This document shows positions 63,894-64,000 of a stretch of DNA of 64,000 bases, piece by piece. Made by a program: the position numbers and the translations under genes. The notes below the pieces were generated by a model, which searched no databases, was not told the origin of the DNA, and worked only from the letters and a program-made list of their open reading frames with translations. Source of the stretch: a virus. The DNA is taken from the IMG/VR virus record IMGVR_UViG_3300014838_000016, positions 23,699 through 87,698 of that record, one strand, 5' to 3'. How positions within the stretch are numbered: the stretch's first letter is position 1; every line of letters starts with the position of its first letter.

Positions 63894-64000
63894 TGTTGAA
63901 GTCAAGCGTTTAATTTGTCACCAGTTGGAGATCGGGGCAGCGGCGATGCTGTCGGACTTTGCTCGGAAAAACCCACAGTTTGGGGGCTATGCCCGTAACG

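Noticed and set aside
1-64000. CRISPR array, tRNA or rRNA genes
   Set aside because: No regularly spaced direct repeats outside coding repeats. The GTTCGA-type matches I checked (for example near 25585) lack a cloverleaf.
1-64000. Stop-codon reassignment as in some large phages
   Set aside because: Recognisable genes are full length in code 11, and TAA, TAG and TGA all end coupled genes.

Overview
The window reads as a 64-kb piece of a large (jumbo-type) dsDNA bacteriophage genome using the standard genetic code. The host is plausibly a soil or peat bacterium; Acidobacteriota is a tentative guess from a DUF5715-like gene. (1) 1-8.65 kb: tightly packed small genes, including peptidyl-tRNA hydrolase 2, a DUF6011-like protein and an exported M15/DUF5715-like peptidase. 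(2) 8.66-25.4 kb: a minus-strand island of repeat-rich fibre or decoration proteins. It holds two long/short paralogue pairs, an ice-binding DUF3494-type domain, a recurrent GSP[AP] loop shared by unrelated proteins, a GT2 glycosyltransferase and a probable ATT start codon. (3) 25.7-64 kb: plus-strand accessory genes. These include an RNA-repair and translation-rescue cluster (peptide deformylase, Pnkp, Rnl1 ligase, CCA-adding enzyme, histidine phosphatase, ASCH and NDT-like proteins), a SNF2 helicase, an HNH-HD fusion, most of the window's 8 homing-endonuclease-like genes plus one decayed copy, and three structured ncRNA candidates. A conserved promoter with exact spacing (TGAAA...CCT-N23-TATAAT) drives mostly leaderless mRNAs. 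I found no tRNA, rRNA or CRISPR array. All family names come from motif recognition by eye, not from database searches.
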